Below are positions 25,975 through 38,413 of a DNA stretch of 64,000 nt, piece after piece. A model generated the notes under the pieces. It made no database searches, had not been told where the DNA came from, and saw only the letters and a list, made by a program, of their open reading frames with translations. A program made the translations under genes and the position numbers. This DNA is from Marsupella aquatica (Eukaryota; Plantae; Marchantiophyta). Position 1 is the first letter of the stretch. Each line of letters starts with the position of its first letter. The stretch is taken from positions 19,792,803-19,856,802 of the forward strand of contig OZ316895.1 in the NCBI GenBank assembly GCA_973895155.1, read 5' to 3'.

Positions 25975-26345
25975 AACAATTTTTACGCTCGGTCTGGGCG
26001 ATAAGGTACTCTGACAAAACAATCTTGACATATTCAACAAATAAAGAAGCGAGTCTAACAATTTTTACGCTCTATCTAGGCGGTAAGGTACTCTGACAAA
26101 ACAATCTTGACATTCAACAAAGAAAAAAGCGAGTGTAACAGTTTTTACGCTCGGTCTGGGCGATAAGGTACTCTGACAAAACAATCTTGACATATTCAAC
26201 AAAGAAAGAAGCAAGTCTAACAGTTTTTACGCTCCATCTGGGCAGTAAGGTACTCTAACCAAACAATCGTCACATATTCAGAAAGAAAGAAGCGACTCTA
26301 ACAATTTTTATGCTTTGTCTGGGCAATAAGGTACTCTAACAAAAC
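25975..26345. repeat. About 4.5 copies of an 80-82 bp tandem repeat upstream of the transposase
   Basis: Unit AACAATTTTTACGCTCGGTCTGGGCGATAAGGTACTCTGACAAAACAATCTTGACATATTCAACAAA.AAAGAAGCGAGTCT starting near 25975, 26057, 26137, 26219 and 26300. Confidence 0.85.
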
Positions 26346-26477
26346 AAAGTCATAAGAATCAATAACAGTTTTCACATACTGTTTGTTGATTAAGTTACGC
26401 TCTTGAGAAACAAAGAGGAATTGAGCAAGCCGGAAAGGCAATAACATCCCTTACATGAACGAGGCATCTCTCGGTGG

Positions 26478-29173
26478 ATGCCACTTGAACTCTCTTGGTG
26501 CTCATTTTTAGTCTTTCTTCAAGTGGTTATCATGGCTGGCCATGTGAGGATCACGTTTCCAGACAATGGAGACGTTGTTGTGCTAGCGACTGATGGTGTT
26601 GTTCGGCATACACCAGACAACAAATTAGCTCCTCGGTTTGATGTTGAGATTGGGGAGTGGGCACTCTTTGAGGCCGGCAATGTCTTACCATTGATTGAGG
26701 CAAACTCAGAGGAGAGTGGAGAGGAAAGGATATGGCATCTAAAAAGTGAAGTTTTGTACGTCCTTCAGCAGAGGGTGTACTCTGTTCCTCTTACTAAAGT
26801 TGGTTTGCAATCTCAAACTGGAGAGAAGATTTCAGAGTGGCCGGCAGAGGTAGAGCAAGCCGAATTTCTTGAAAGTGTTATTGCTGCAATGCTCAAAGGG
26901 AAAGGCACTTTGCGATGTGTAAAGGCTGCCCATTCCATTCTCAGAGTGCATTATCCCCAACAAGTCATGACTCTGCCGGAATGGTATGATGGGGATTGCA
27001 TTTTTGAGCTCCCCGCATTCACAGGTATCCACACAAAGGGTGCCTTCTTCTTGGGTATAGAGCAAATAAATGACTGCTACTTGTGGAGCAAGCTCATCGA
27101 GATAGGGGCCCAAATTGGACCCAACGTGAACAAGGGAGGCTTCAAGTATAAGATTGGGAATGTGAGATGCCTGGGCTCTTTGCAATGTCCACATTCAGAT
27201 TGTCCGGCTTTTACAAGTAAGAAGAGCGCAATTGCACAGAATGGCAGCGAGATAGGGGTGGGAAAAATGAGGTTCCATTTCTTGTTGGGCGACTAGTTCT
27301 AGCAGAGAGTGTGATTTGCGACTTTTGTGATCGGCCTCCTAAGTGTATAGCCAAGTGTCCAGCCAAAATGTTCTACATCACTCCGACCTCTCATGACCAT
27401 TATATTTACAAGCACATGACACGTGTTGCTATGCATGTTGGGAGTCACTCACATCCGGCCAAATTTGTTCTCAAGAAAGATCGAAAAGCTTTCTTACATA
27501 AGTTGATGGAGGAGAAATTGAAGAAGAATCCTCATGCAATGCCGTCTGTGATCAAGAGTGATCTAAGGGATATTTTTGATGACAAGGTTGCTGGGATTGT
27601 CACATTTGAGGAAGTACGGGATCTGAATGAAACATTGGCAATCCTATCAAATCGATCAGTTGTAAGATCTATGATACAGAGCATACGCAAGTATACCCAT
27701 GCCTCATCCAACCTCCAAGTCATCCTTGATCTTCAAAAAGAAACAATGTTTTCATTTGTCAAGAGCACTCTATTTCTAAACCAGAAGCTAGATACAGATG
27801 AGCGCCCACATATTTTCAAGATGACTGTAAAGGGTCCAGGGTCTGGAATCAATCTCATTCGAAGGATGCAGCCTGGTGGAGATCTACAAGACTCATGGGT
27901 GATGTTTGATATCATGCATCGGATGACTGAGAGGCAATGGTACACAATGTCAGCTCATGTGTACGACCACCTATACAGAGGTCTCTGAACAATTTTTATA
28001 TGCGAGCTAGTTTCGGAAGATACTGCTGCACTACAAACTACATGGAAGGTCATGAAGCGAGTGTGTAAGGCAAATGGGCTTGACAATGTTACGTTTTATG
28101 GGTTCATTGTCGATAATACTGCAACTGGGTGGAATGCAGTTCAAAACACATTCTAGGATGGAAGAGTTAATTCTCAAAAGGAGCAATCTGATGCATTTCA
28201 CTAGGCGCAATCAGTGGAGAAGATGATAAAGAAATGCATTCTTCCTGGCAAAGCAGTTGAGCATAAGGAGCTTCTGGATTCATTGAGGGACGCTGCCAAT
28301 GTGGTTCTTGCATTTTGGACTTTTGAGAAGATGAAGGATTGGTGGAAAAATGGGAATGCAATCAAAGGAAAAACCAAGTCACTAGAGACATGGCTTTCGT
28401 GGTGGATTGTGCGGTTCTCCCAATGGGGAAACTTTATTCGGCTGGTAAGTCTATGAATTCTTAGTAATATTCCATCTCGGAGAGGCTCTCCGAGATGATT
28501 AATCTTGGACATGTTAGATAGCCTCTTCGAGATGGACAACGTGGGTCTTCTCGGAGAGGCTCTCCAAGATGGAACATATGGGTAATCTCCGAGATGGAAG
28601 ACGTGGGTACGTCATCTTGGAGAGGCTCTCCAAGATGGAACATATGGGTCATCTCGGAAAGGCTCTCCGAGATGGAAGAGGTGGGTCTTCTCGGAGAGGC
28701 TCTCCGAGATGGAACATATGGGTCATCTTGGAGAGGCTATCCGAGATGGAAGAGGTGGGTCATCTCGGAGAGGCTATCCGAGATGGAATATATGGGTAAT
28801 CTTGGAGAGGCTCTTCGAGATGGAAGAGGTGGGTCATCTCGGAGAGCCTCTCCCAGATGAAACAAATGGGCGACTCGGAAGACATGTTAGAGAGCCAACT
28901 TTTATTTTGTAAACACATGGTTCATCTTAGAGAGGCTCTCCGAGATGAAACACTGGTCATCTCGGAGAGCCTCTCCAGGATGGACCCCGTTGGACATGTT
29001 GCAGATGTACACAATGACCCATGTAGAGTTTTTGGTAATAATCTTTTCTTTGATTTCTATGTAGGACATGGACAGAACTAAGTCTGCATTGATGCTAAAC
29101 CATAGCGGGGCAGAATCCGTGCATGCCGCGATGCGCCGATGGTCTTCCACAACAAAGATTGGGATAGTGCAAT
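26478..29173 (+). pseudogene. Mutator-family transposase, 5' part (GCM/WRKY-like Zn domain and DDE core); intron 28445-29064
   Basis: CLGSLQCPHSDCP...CDFC...CPAKMFY...HVGSHSHP; D1 VMFDIMHR; D2 FIVDNT; CxxH position DAFH; E in NHSGAESVHA after the phase-0 GTAAGT...TGTAG intron; stops and frameshifts present. Confidence 0.85.
28474..28981. repeat. Palindrome array E filling the transposase intron, about 12 copies at 37-38 bp period
   Basis: Alternating spacers GGAACATATGGGTC and GGAAGAGGTGGGTC between palindromes. Confidence 0.9.
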
Positions 29174-29924
29174 CCCGGGGTCCTCACTTAATAACTTCCG
29201 ACCCATCACGCGCGAATAAGTATAGGGTTTTTTAATTCAATTTTCTAGAATACTTAAGAAGTTTTGTGGAAGAACTATAGGGGTTTAAAATTAAATCCCG
29301 CAACTTAGAAGTATAGTAGGGCAGCAAAAAAACCTTGCTCTTCAATATAAGTTGTTAGTATAAGATAGGGGTATTAGCCAACAAAATATATGGGGTATAC
29401 GTGTCAATCTTTTATTGGTCCACGTGGCAATTCCTTTCATAACTTGGTTTAGGGGCACCATGTGGGGGACCATGTGTACTCCATGGCCAATTTGGGTCAA
29501 AATTTAAATTATGGGTGTGAGCGGGAGGTCATCTATGAGGGGAGAAGAGCAAGGGTCAGGCGCGCAGGTCGAGAGCCATTTAGGACCATCGATCCAGGTT
29601 AGTGCCGTTTGTGTCAACATCATGCGGCCATACATTGGTAAGACAGTCCATTCTTTGTTACTTGCAGCGAGACTTGCGGCGGCCATGCAGGGCCTGATTT
29701 AGGGTAAAATTGAGCAGCGATGATCCAACCATCCATTTGTTGGGCCATCGGTTGGTTATGGTTTGCCCTGGCCATTTTGAGAAATTCGTGAACGTCTTGC
29801 AGCGTTTTGGGCAAAAATTGAGAGGGTGAGTCGCGAGGGTAGGGGCTAAACGCTGCCTTGATACTTTTCGAAAGGAAATGCATGCATGTTGCAGGGCGCT
29901 GCGATGCACTGATTGAGGAAGGTT

Positions 29925-30570
29925 GAAGATTGATCGAGGGCGAGATGACTGTGGATGGAGCTGCTGTGATCGAGGGGCACTAATTGCTGTGATCGGGGAG
30001 CTTTGCTGTTTGGGCTCAATGCTGCTTCGATACTTTTCCGAAGGATTTGCATGCATGCTGCAGGGCTTTATATTGAGCTGCAGCTTGATCGGGGGCGGGG
30101 CTGCGACTTTATATTGAGCTGCAGCTTGATCGGGGGCGGGGCTGCAACTTTACATTGAGGAGCTGTGATCGGGGGCAGGCTGCAACTTTCAATTGAGCTG
30201 CTATGATCGGGGCTGCAGCTTTTGATTGAGCTGTTGTACGTGATCGGGGGACAAGATTGAGCAAGGCTGAGATTGATCGGGGGGACAATTGTTGATTGAG
30301 CTGCTGCTGTGACCGGGGGAACTTTTTGTTGAGCTGGAGCTGGGTCGGGGGCGGGGCTGAAAATTTCAATTGACTGAGGAGCTGTGATCGAGGGTGGGGC
30401 TGCAACTTTCGATTGCGCTGCTATGATTGGGGTGCTGCAGCTTTTGATGGAGCTACTGTGATTGGTAAACCTAGATTGGGAATGATGGAGCTATTGTGAC
30501 CGGCAAACCTATGATCGATCGAACCTGTGATTGAGCTGCTATCATCGGCAAACGTGTGGTCGAGTTGCTA
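29925..30570. repeat. Degenerate tandem repeats (GATCGGGG / ATTGAGCTG) in the 5' region of the P-like element
   Basis: Recurring TGATCGGGGGCGGGGCTGCAACTTT..ATTGAGCTG units. Confidence 0.75.
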
Positions 30571-30774
30571 TCAGCGGGCAAACCTACTTTTGGTGGAGTT
30601 TTCTATCCATTGCTCTTAGTGCTTTCGAATTGCCTATGCTGTGTGTCCTACTTTTTGTATAAATTGCACTCGTGATGTTAAGGGCAATGCTCATTTGTCT
30701 GTATGCTTTTCAGTTTACTTGTTGCCACCTTACGCTCCGCAAAGAAACTTCTCGTGCCATGCATCTCATCACTA

Positions 30775-30955
30775 GTCTGCTCTATTGCTCGCTACTCTGC
30801 TCTATTTCTTGCTCTACTCTATTGCTCGTTGCTCTGCTCTATTGCTCGCTGCTATGCTCTATTGCTTGTTGCTTTGTTGCTCTATTGCTCGTTGCTCTAT
30901 TGCTCACTGCTTTGTACCTCGTTGCTCTGTCGCTGCTCTGTACCTCGCTGCTCTT
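30775..30955. repeat. Short GCTCTATTGCTC-type minisatellite
   Basis: Many CTCTATTGCTCG/TTG repeats. Confidence 0.75.
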
Positions 30956-32263
30956 TTGACAGTCCATGCCAATGTTTGTTGTGCAATACCTTGCTTACCC
31001 ATAGCTTCATTTGTTAGCCAGCTTTCTCCTCATCAAGCCAGCTCCTTTGTCCTTGATCATGTGAGCTAGTGTCGAGAGCTCTTAAAGAATCCATGTCTGT
31101 ATCTCCCCCCTCTTTTGCAAGCAGATTTATGAGAGCTTGTCCTGCTTGTAAGGATCCATTGAATGATGGCTTAGCACTCCAGATGTTGAAGTGAGAAGGA
31201 ACTAGGGAAGGAACTTACCAAAAGTGAACACATTTAAGTGAGAGAAATGCCTGAACTGCAGTCGCTGCACATGTTGATCATACTAAAAGCTCATGTTCGG
31301 GTGGCAGTCCAACTCATTCCAAGTTGGCAATAGAGCTTGGACAGGAACTCTGAATTCCATGGATTGCTGAAAATCAATTTAGAAATAGAGGCTTTGACTT
31401 GGCGCAAGGGAGCTAATTCGATCTGCAAGTGCCGTTTCATTCGATCTGCAAGTGCTTGTGGTGGAGTTTCCTCACTGTCCTGCTAGTTTTGAATTGCTTC
31501 CTTTGATTCATTCTGAGTGATTTGATTTTCTTGCTCAATAGAATGTCCTGTCAATCATCTCCCTCTCTTTGTTGCTCTTGAGTTCCCTTTGCTTTGTCTA
31601 GGAGACTTAGATAAACTATTAGCTCTTGGTGAATGCAATATGTGGCTGTTCCTCCAAGGCAATGGAAGGCATTCGTTTATACAAGGTGGGCATTGGTTCG
31701 AGTTGTGACTGAGGTGATTGTGGCTGTGATCAAGGTGCAGCAAGAGTTTTGATCCAAGTAGGGGAATAGCAGATTCGCCCTTGGTACAACAGAATCCCTA
31801 GAGGCACTGTTGTTTCTCCTCTGCCAGCTTGTGTGACATTCATTTGGCTTTGTGTTGTGTAGGTTTTCCAACCAAAGGTTCTCTTCAACATCTATAACTT
31901 GGAACCAGTATTATGCAGTTTGGTATGCCCTGACCCTGGCTCTAGCTGAACTCGAATTGAAATTTAAAGTTGAATTTTAGTCAGCCTTTTCATATGCTCT
32001 TGACTTGTCTTGCAGGATGGATTGGCTTAGGATGTAGTGGAATCATCTGAGAAGCTTCAGCAATATACCAGGGTTCACATGTAAAGATTGTGGAAGGAGC
32101 AGGATTCAAATATCACCATTTGCTGCAGCTACAATCAAACAAGAGATTGATTAAAGGTATGATTCTATCTAGGATGCTTGTAGTTGCAAGTTACATAATA
32201 TCAATCTACTGTTCAATATATGTTGAATGGATGTTGAGGGGTTGCAGAACAAATGTTGAGTGA

Positions 32264-32962
32264 ATGGATGGGCCTGTGTGCAGAGGTAAAACCACTATCC
32301 AAGAAGCAGAGATGGCTTCTGATGTGCCCAGGATTGACATATTTTCCCATAAGGAGCACCACCGCATGGACCCCCCTTGCTGTTTCTTTTGTGATGAGAC
32401 AGACGATGTGGTTTTCTGTGATGGGCCTTGTAGTAGACATTTTCACTTTGTCGGTGGAAAAGGTATGCATGGGCCTAATTGCACTCCTATCACATTGCCT
32501 AAAAACAATGACTGGAGGGCACCTTGGGTTTGTACACTCTGTGCTGCTGGTAGAGCTAGATGCTTTGCTTGTGGCCTCATTGGCAGATTTGAACATCCCA
32601 CAGCAGAAGAATCTCTTGTGCTCCATTGTGCCCACCCTGACTGTTTTTCTCATTACCACCCTGGTTGCCTTAGGGTGCTACTTATGATTGGGGCACTGCC
32701 TGAGAGGTTTCATACAACAAAACCAAACAGCCTAATGTGCCCAAGGCATTTCTGTGAGTACTGTAAAGTCTACAAGGATGGTATTAAAGACTTTGTACAG
32801 TGTCGCAGGTGCCCTCGAAGTTGGTGTCATGATGAGAAACTTGGGGGAGTGAAACACCTCAGGAGGTGTGTGAAGGGCAGGGACCACTGGGATGTGGAAG
32901 GGTGGCGTTTCATTTATTGTCATAGGCATGCAATACCTGATGGGGAATTGGTTCCTACATAG
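32264..32962 (+). CDS. Tandem PHD/C1-like zinc-finger cluster of EDM2/NSD type
   Basis: CFFCD...VFCDGPCSRHFH...CTLC....RCFACG...CAHPDCFSHYHPGCL...CPRHFCEYC...VQCRRCPRSW...FIYCHRHAI matches the Cys/His layout I recall for EDM2-family PHDs; uninterrupted 232-aa ORF. Confidence 0.75.
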   Translation: MDGPVCRGKTTIQEAEMASDVPRIDIFSHKEHHRMDPPCCFFCDETDDVVFCDGPCSRHFHFVGGKGMHGPNCTPITLPKNNDWRAPWVCTLCAAGRARCFACGLIGRFEHPTAEESLVLHCAHPDCFSHYHPGCLRVLLMIGALPERFHTTKPNSLMCPRHFCEYCKVYKDGIKDFVQCRRCPRSWCHDEKLGGVKHLRRCVKGRDHWDVEGWRFIYCHRHAIPDGELVPT

Positions 32963-33188
32963 CCACATACCTCTTAGAGTTTCTGAAATTGGTAGAAATG
33001 CTTTGGTAGAGGGTTGGTACAAAGCAAACTTATTCACTAGACTAATTACATGTGAACTATGATCAACAAGATTTTGTTTGTGTTGGACTTCAACTTTTTT
33101 GATCAAAAGATTTTTGTAACTATTGTGGAGTAATGTCTAATATGCTTCATATCGTTTTGTTTATTGTGCTGTATGGCAGGTTCATTGT

Positions 33189-36100
33189 GTGACTGATTGT
33201 TTTCAGAACCCTTCATACTTTAACTTTAACAAATTGATTGAAATGGCTACCCAGTTTGTAAAACTATTGCACAAGAAAAGAGATGTGGTGACTGATGGGA
33301 AAGATGAAGAACCTATAGCTGTGTTGGCCTTCAAAGAGGGACAAACTTTAGCTGATTTTCGAAGTCGAATTCCTGATTTGGTTGATTTTGATTTTGATTT
33401 CTGGGATTATAGGCTTCCTGGTCGCATGAAAGTCAAGAGTGAGAAAATGACTGAGTTGTTTGAATTGGATGGGAAAGTTGCTGTCATTGAACAAATAGGA
33501 TCCTTGCCGACTGGTAGAACACAGTTTCCATCAGTATCTCCTACTGTCACCCAATCGGCTACAGTGGACTCTTCACAGGGTGAACAGCTTCATGAAGCTC
33601 CCCCTATGAGAGCTTCTTTTGAGTCTCTTCTCATGTCTCAGTCGGCTGTCAAAGTCTGGAATGATAAATATATAAGACTAGAGAAGTGGATTCACAAGAA
33701 TGGTTATAAAGCTATAATTGGAGAATTCAAACTTGGGATGAAGGACAGGATGTGAGAGGCCATCTGGAGTGTCTTGAGTGCAGAGTGATCTATGGGAGGG
33801 CAGACAATTCACAAGATAAGAAGTCAATTGCTAATTTGTTCAGCAATTTTAAGACCAAGCACCTTGCCTTTGCTAAACACAAATTAAAGATAATTACTGC
33901 AGGAGAAGGGGCATTGCTATGACTGGGGTCAAGCCCTCAGATCTTGCACAGAAGCCTGAGTTTGATTATGAGGGGGCCATAGCAACTGGCCTAGAGATAG
34001 TCCAGACTCTGAATGTTGAGTGTGGAGGTGATGATGAGCTATTTCATGTGCCCCCTGTGCCTGGTGTAGCCAATAATGCAAACAAGTGGTTCCTTTATAA
34101 GGTTCGTTGTAAAATCTGTGGGGCAATCATGGATTTGGTTTGTAAGAAAGGGACTTTGGACCACAACCTGAGGACACACTTGGTCAGTCGGGGTCATCTG
34201 GATGTAGTTGAAGCCAGAGAGAATACTACTGAACTTGCATTGAGATCTGGAAAAAGGGGCAGACCAAGGAAGCCAGATGAGAGGGATCAACATCCTTCAC
34301 AGAATTCAATTTTAAAATTCTTCAAGGAGGATGCTTCCAATGCAAGCAGTAGCTCTGGCACAGGTGGGTCTATAGACATTGATGTGGGCTTAAGTTTGCT
34401 TTGTTGGGGAATATGGGATGAATTTGTAGAGTGGAAGAATGTGAAATATGCTGTGAAAGGTATCTTGCATGATCAATGTGGTGGACATGTATGGGATTTA
34501 GATGTTGCAGCCTCTGTTCATGTCTACAATCCCGTCACCAATTCTATTGTACATATAGAAGGACTATTTAGGCATAAACATTGCTGTAGGTTGTCCTTGT
34601 ATGGTGGAGGGTTTCTGAACCTTACTTGCAGTAGATGTCATGCTATAACACTAGAAGATGACTTTCGTGGGCGGGTGCACAGGGAAGCGGAGGCTTTAGC
34701 AAAGAGAGGGGGAAGAAGCACAGAGGGTGGTTTGAATGCACGTTATTTGACACGTCCAGAGTTGACCACACAGATGCATGGTCTGAATGTCAAGAGAAGA
34801 AAGGAGAGATGGTTGTTGGCACAACAGACTCAGAAAGTGTGTGCCCTTAGTCCTTTGAAGAGAAAATTGCAGGAACTGTTAGGAGTAGCTGCAGACAGAA
34901 AAGATTTGAGACTTTTTCTAAAAAATATTGTCAATGGTCATAGGAATGGTGCATTTGGTGGAAAAGAAGGTCTTTGGGATTTTTTGAAGGATGTAAGTAG
35001 AAATTTGGAGAGAAGTGCAAGGGGGTTTCGTTACAGTCAAAAAACAAAAGCCATAGCTCAGGCTATGTTTCAGTATGGGGGCCGGCAGGTGGCCCATGTT
35101 TTTGCAAGAAATTTAGTTGGGCCAAGCCTGAAGACATTGAAAAGAGATAGAGCAAAATTTGTGCAATTTCGTGTTGGAATTAGACCAAAAACATTCAAGG
35201 AGGTGGCTCGGATTTTGTCTGTTGCAAAGGAGATGCTAGGAATTCAAGGCGATGTACCTGTCATGCTTGCAGAGAATGAAACTAGGATAAAGGAAAGCCC
35301 AAGGTATGTTTGTATATCATAGCATTTGAAGCTTATTTGTGATACATGTAGACTTTTTACTAATTCTTTATATTTGACTTACTTTTCATTGGGCTCTATG
35401 CAGGTGGGAGGCCAAGTATGACACTCTGATTGGTTTCTGTGGCCATAAGGATGAGCATACCTGTGAATTTGGACTGGAGATTCTTGTAGGTGACGGTGAG
35501 GATGGCTATAATAAGATTGTAAATACATTTGAGGATTATAACAAGGGCATGTATGCTAGAGTTGTCATTGTCAATCCATTGCATGTTGGAATGCCAAAGT
35601 TGGCCCTCTGTGCTATATCTACCTGTAACAAGTTCAAGGCAGAATGGGTTTGAGAGCATTGGGTGCAATTAAAAGAATCTTGGGATGTGCACTGCAGAGA
35701 CTTTGTAGGTCCTTTGCTTGGGCATGCTAGTGATGGTGATGCAAGACGTAGGAAATTGATGCTAGAAGACTATAGAGGAGCAAATGGCTCTTACCCTAGA
35801 TTCTGTGTAGGGTGGGAAGGATGGCCATATTTAGTTGCCATATTGCCTAATGGGGACCTATACGGTTTTGGTGATCAAGACCAACCTCACAATGGGAAAA
35901 AGTTGATTAACCCACTAGATCGAGTGTCCTCAATAATGGCACTTGGAAACCAACATGCTTCTTTGTTTCATGTTTGTAATGTGTACAATCGCTATGCAAT
36001 TCATCAACATGGATTAAATTGGGATGATGTGAACAGATCTGATCGTCAAAATTGGGTTGGTCCCCAAAGAATAGCATCCGAAAAGGTGCGTGATTGCTTA

Positions 36101-37807
36101 GCAGATCTGCATGTAAGAACTAATCTGTCGTATGAGCGAAGTTTGGGGACAGAGTTGTATCTGCAGGTCTGTGCAGATTATATTGACATTTTCTACTCCC
36201 AAAGATATAACCTGAGAACCAGAGTGAAGCTGGCAGGCAAAGTATCTTGGTTCTTTCGATTGTGGAGGTTGTGGTTGAGGTACGGTGATCATGCTGTTGG
36301 TGGAAATGTTGCTTCACATACAGAGAAAAATATGATTTCAATCCAAGCTTTTCATGATGTTAATATGTCTTGTCAATTTGTTGTGTTGCTTGTGTGTGCA
36401 TTTCGTGATAAGTTTTCTCACTTGTGTATTCCATTTCATGAATTGGGTTCTGATTGTTGTGAAATCTTTTTCAGCAAGGTAGGTGGAATGAGTGGCCATG
36501 AGAGAAATTATGATTTTGGCTCTTTGTTGGATAGTGCTGTTGGGTTGAATCGTCTTGCTGGATTAGAATGTGGACCAGAGGGCTTAAAAGTAGCTCGCTC
36601 ACATAAGAAGCAAGATCATGTGTGGGCCAAGCTTCATCCTTTACTTGAAGGTGAAGATGCACCTAATCTTTTTGATTACTCTGGAGTGCAAACTAATGAG
36701 TTGGTGGTTGCAGCATTGAAAGAAGGATTCGAAGAAGCAAAACAGTTGCTAAGAAGGTTACAAATGTCTCCCCGGAGTGATCTTCTAGCAGCAAGAAAGT
36801 GATGGTGGACTCACCCTTGGGATGTGGAAGTTGAAACATGGCCAGATTCAGCTGTAATAGAAGAGGTAGTTGTTGCTGATGATTCTGAAGAGCATGTAGA
36901 GCACAGATCTCCAATTGGACCTCGTCCAGAAGAAGAGTTTCATGAATTTGAAGATCCTGAGGAAGATCTAAATCGAATTGATGCATGATTGACAGATGAG
37001 TTAACCATTCCTGATGATGTTTTGCAGGATGGGGCTGAGTTAGACATACCAGAACCTCATTCTGTAGAGGTAGATACTTTGGGGCATGAGGTTCGTCATG
37101 TTCTATCTTCTGTTGTGGTTGAGCTTACAGAGTCTATTCAGAGCCCTATGCAGGAAAAGAAGAAGGTTTTGCCTACAATTACCTATGAGGGCAGAACAAT
37201 TTACAAATCAACTTTGGTGAGTCAACTAGTGGGCAATCCTCATTTGTCTAAAGATAGGCTAACAAGGGTGAAGCAAGTGGCATACTATAATCTTGGTAAG
37301 AGAAAAAAATGTGATCCAAATACTGTGACTTGTTTTGTTGATGTTGGGAGTGATTGTGGAGTAGCTTTTGAAAGTGCTAATGATGCAGGCCCTTCTACAA
37401 GATCAAAGAAGGGGAAAGGTAAGGGAAGAGGTAAATCTAGGATTCAAGAGCCACTAGTGCAAGCAAAGAAAGAATTTTGGCTTGGTCGGATTATGATGAT
37501 GAGACAGAAAGTTAAGGGACAATGGACTAGAGTGAGATCTGCTATTGATTTGCTTGACAGACCAACACCTCCTCATGGACACGAAGGGAGTATTTGTCAG
37601 TTCTTGTTCAATTGGTATAAGCCAACAAGCTCAAGCAAAGTTGAATTCACTTATGATACAACTGATTTACAATGGATTGATATAGAAATGGTGATGACTA
37701 ATGTTACTCTAACCATGAAACAAGGGATTGGTTTAGTGTATGTGTTAGATCGAGTTGATAAACAAGCTTTGGATACTTATTTGGAGACCATGTCTAGAGT
37801 TGAATGA
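33189..37807 (+). pseudogene. P-element-like DDE transposase with two N-terminal C2H2-type fingers; intron 35304-35403
   Basis: CLEC...KHLAFAKH and CKIC...THLVSRGH; GFRYS...GPSLKTLKR; D1 site MLAENETRIK..R|WEAKYDTLIGF (D reads N); SDGDARRR; DQPHNGKKLINPL (DxxH); DRQNW; GSDCCEIFFS (E). Scattered point stops and frameshifts. Confidence 0.75.
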
Positions 37808-38413
37808 TTTGCATGCATCAATAGTCATGGTAGCGGTTTTAGTATGTACATGGGATAGGTTAGGGGAATAGGCTAGGGGGTGGCAGATTTGGATACTTGA
37901 GCTTCTTGCTCAATCAGGGGTTCAATTCCCCTCTGCCACGTACACTCACCATTCAGATTCTAGACTCAATTCCCTTTTGGTGTACCTATCTTTCACATGA
38001 GACAAGCATAGCAGATTGCAAATATGAATAACTCATACTGTATATTGCTGAAGCTTCTACTAGAATTGGTTTTCTTAGTGGAAGCATCAACACTATATAC
38101 TATCAATTTTCCATGAGATATGGATGCCAAACCCGATGCCAAAGGAGCACGTTAGGTTTCAAATAAGCTTGGCAAAAACCCGAATAAGGTGCGCACTTGA
38201 ATGAACTTTTCTTTTCTTACTAAGGGGTATTTAATTCACAACAAAACTTTACTTAACTATTTTTAGGGGTCAAAATGTTAGGATTTCCAATTCTTATAAG
38301 TATGATAGGGAAGGGGAAAAAATATTTTTACTTAATAAGTTAGGGGTGCAAGGGTCCAAAACGTCGAGCGTGATATGAGGGTCTTTGTATATTGAGGCCC
38401 CCGAGAGTGCAAT

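Larger units (their letters stand above)
29174..38405 (+). mobile_element. 9.2-kb DNA transposon with P-element-like transposase and PHD cargo, nested in the MULE transposase exon
   Basis: 8-bp TSD AGTGCAAT at 29166-29173 and 38406-38413; short TIRs CCCGGGGTCCTCA and (reverse complement) CTCGGGGGCCTCA; excision restores ...KIGIVQ|SCITDATRA... Confidence 0.9.

Noticed and set aside
30672-31871. Leu/Cys-rich and other short ORFs in the P-like element 5' region
   Set aside because: Minisatellite-derived or stop-ridden, with no supportable product.
29174-38405. PHD gene and second transposase as native cargo of the MULE
   Set aside because: They lie in a separately bounded element with its own TIRs and 8-bp TSD that interrupts the MULE transposase and lacks the palindrome.
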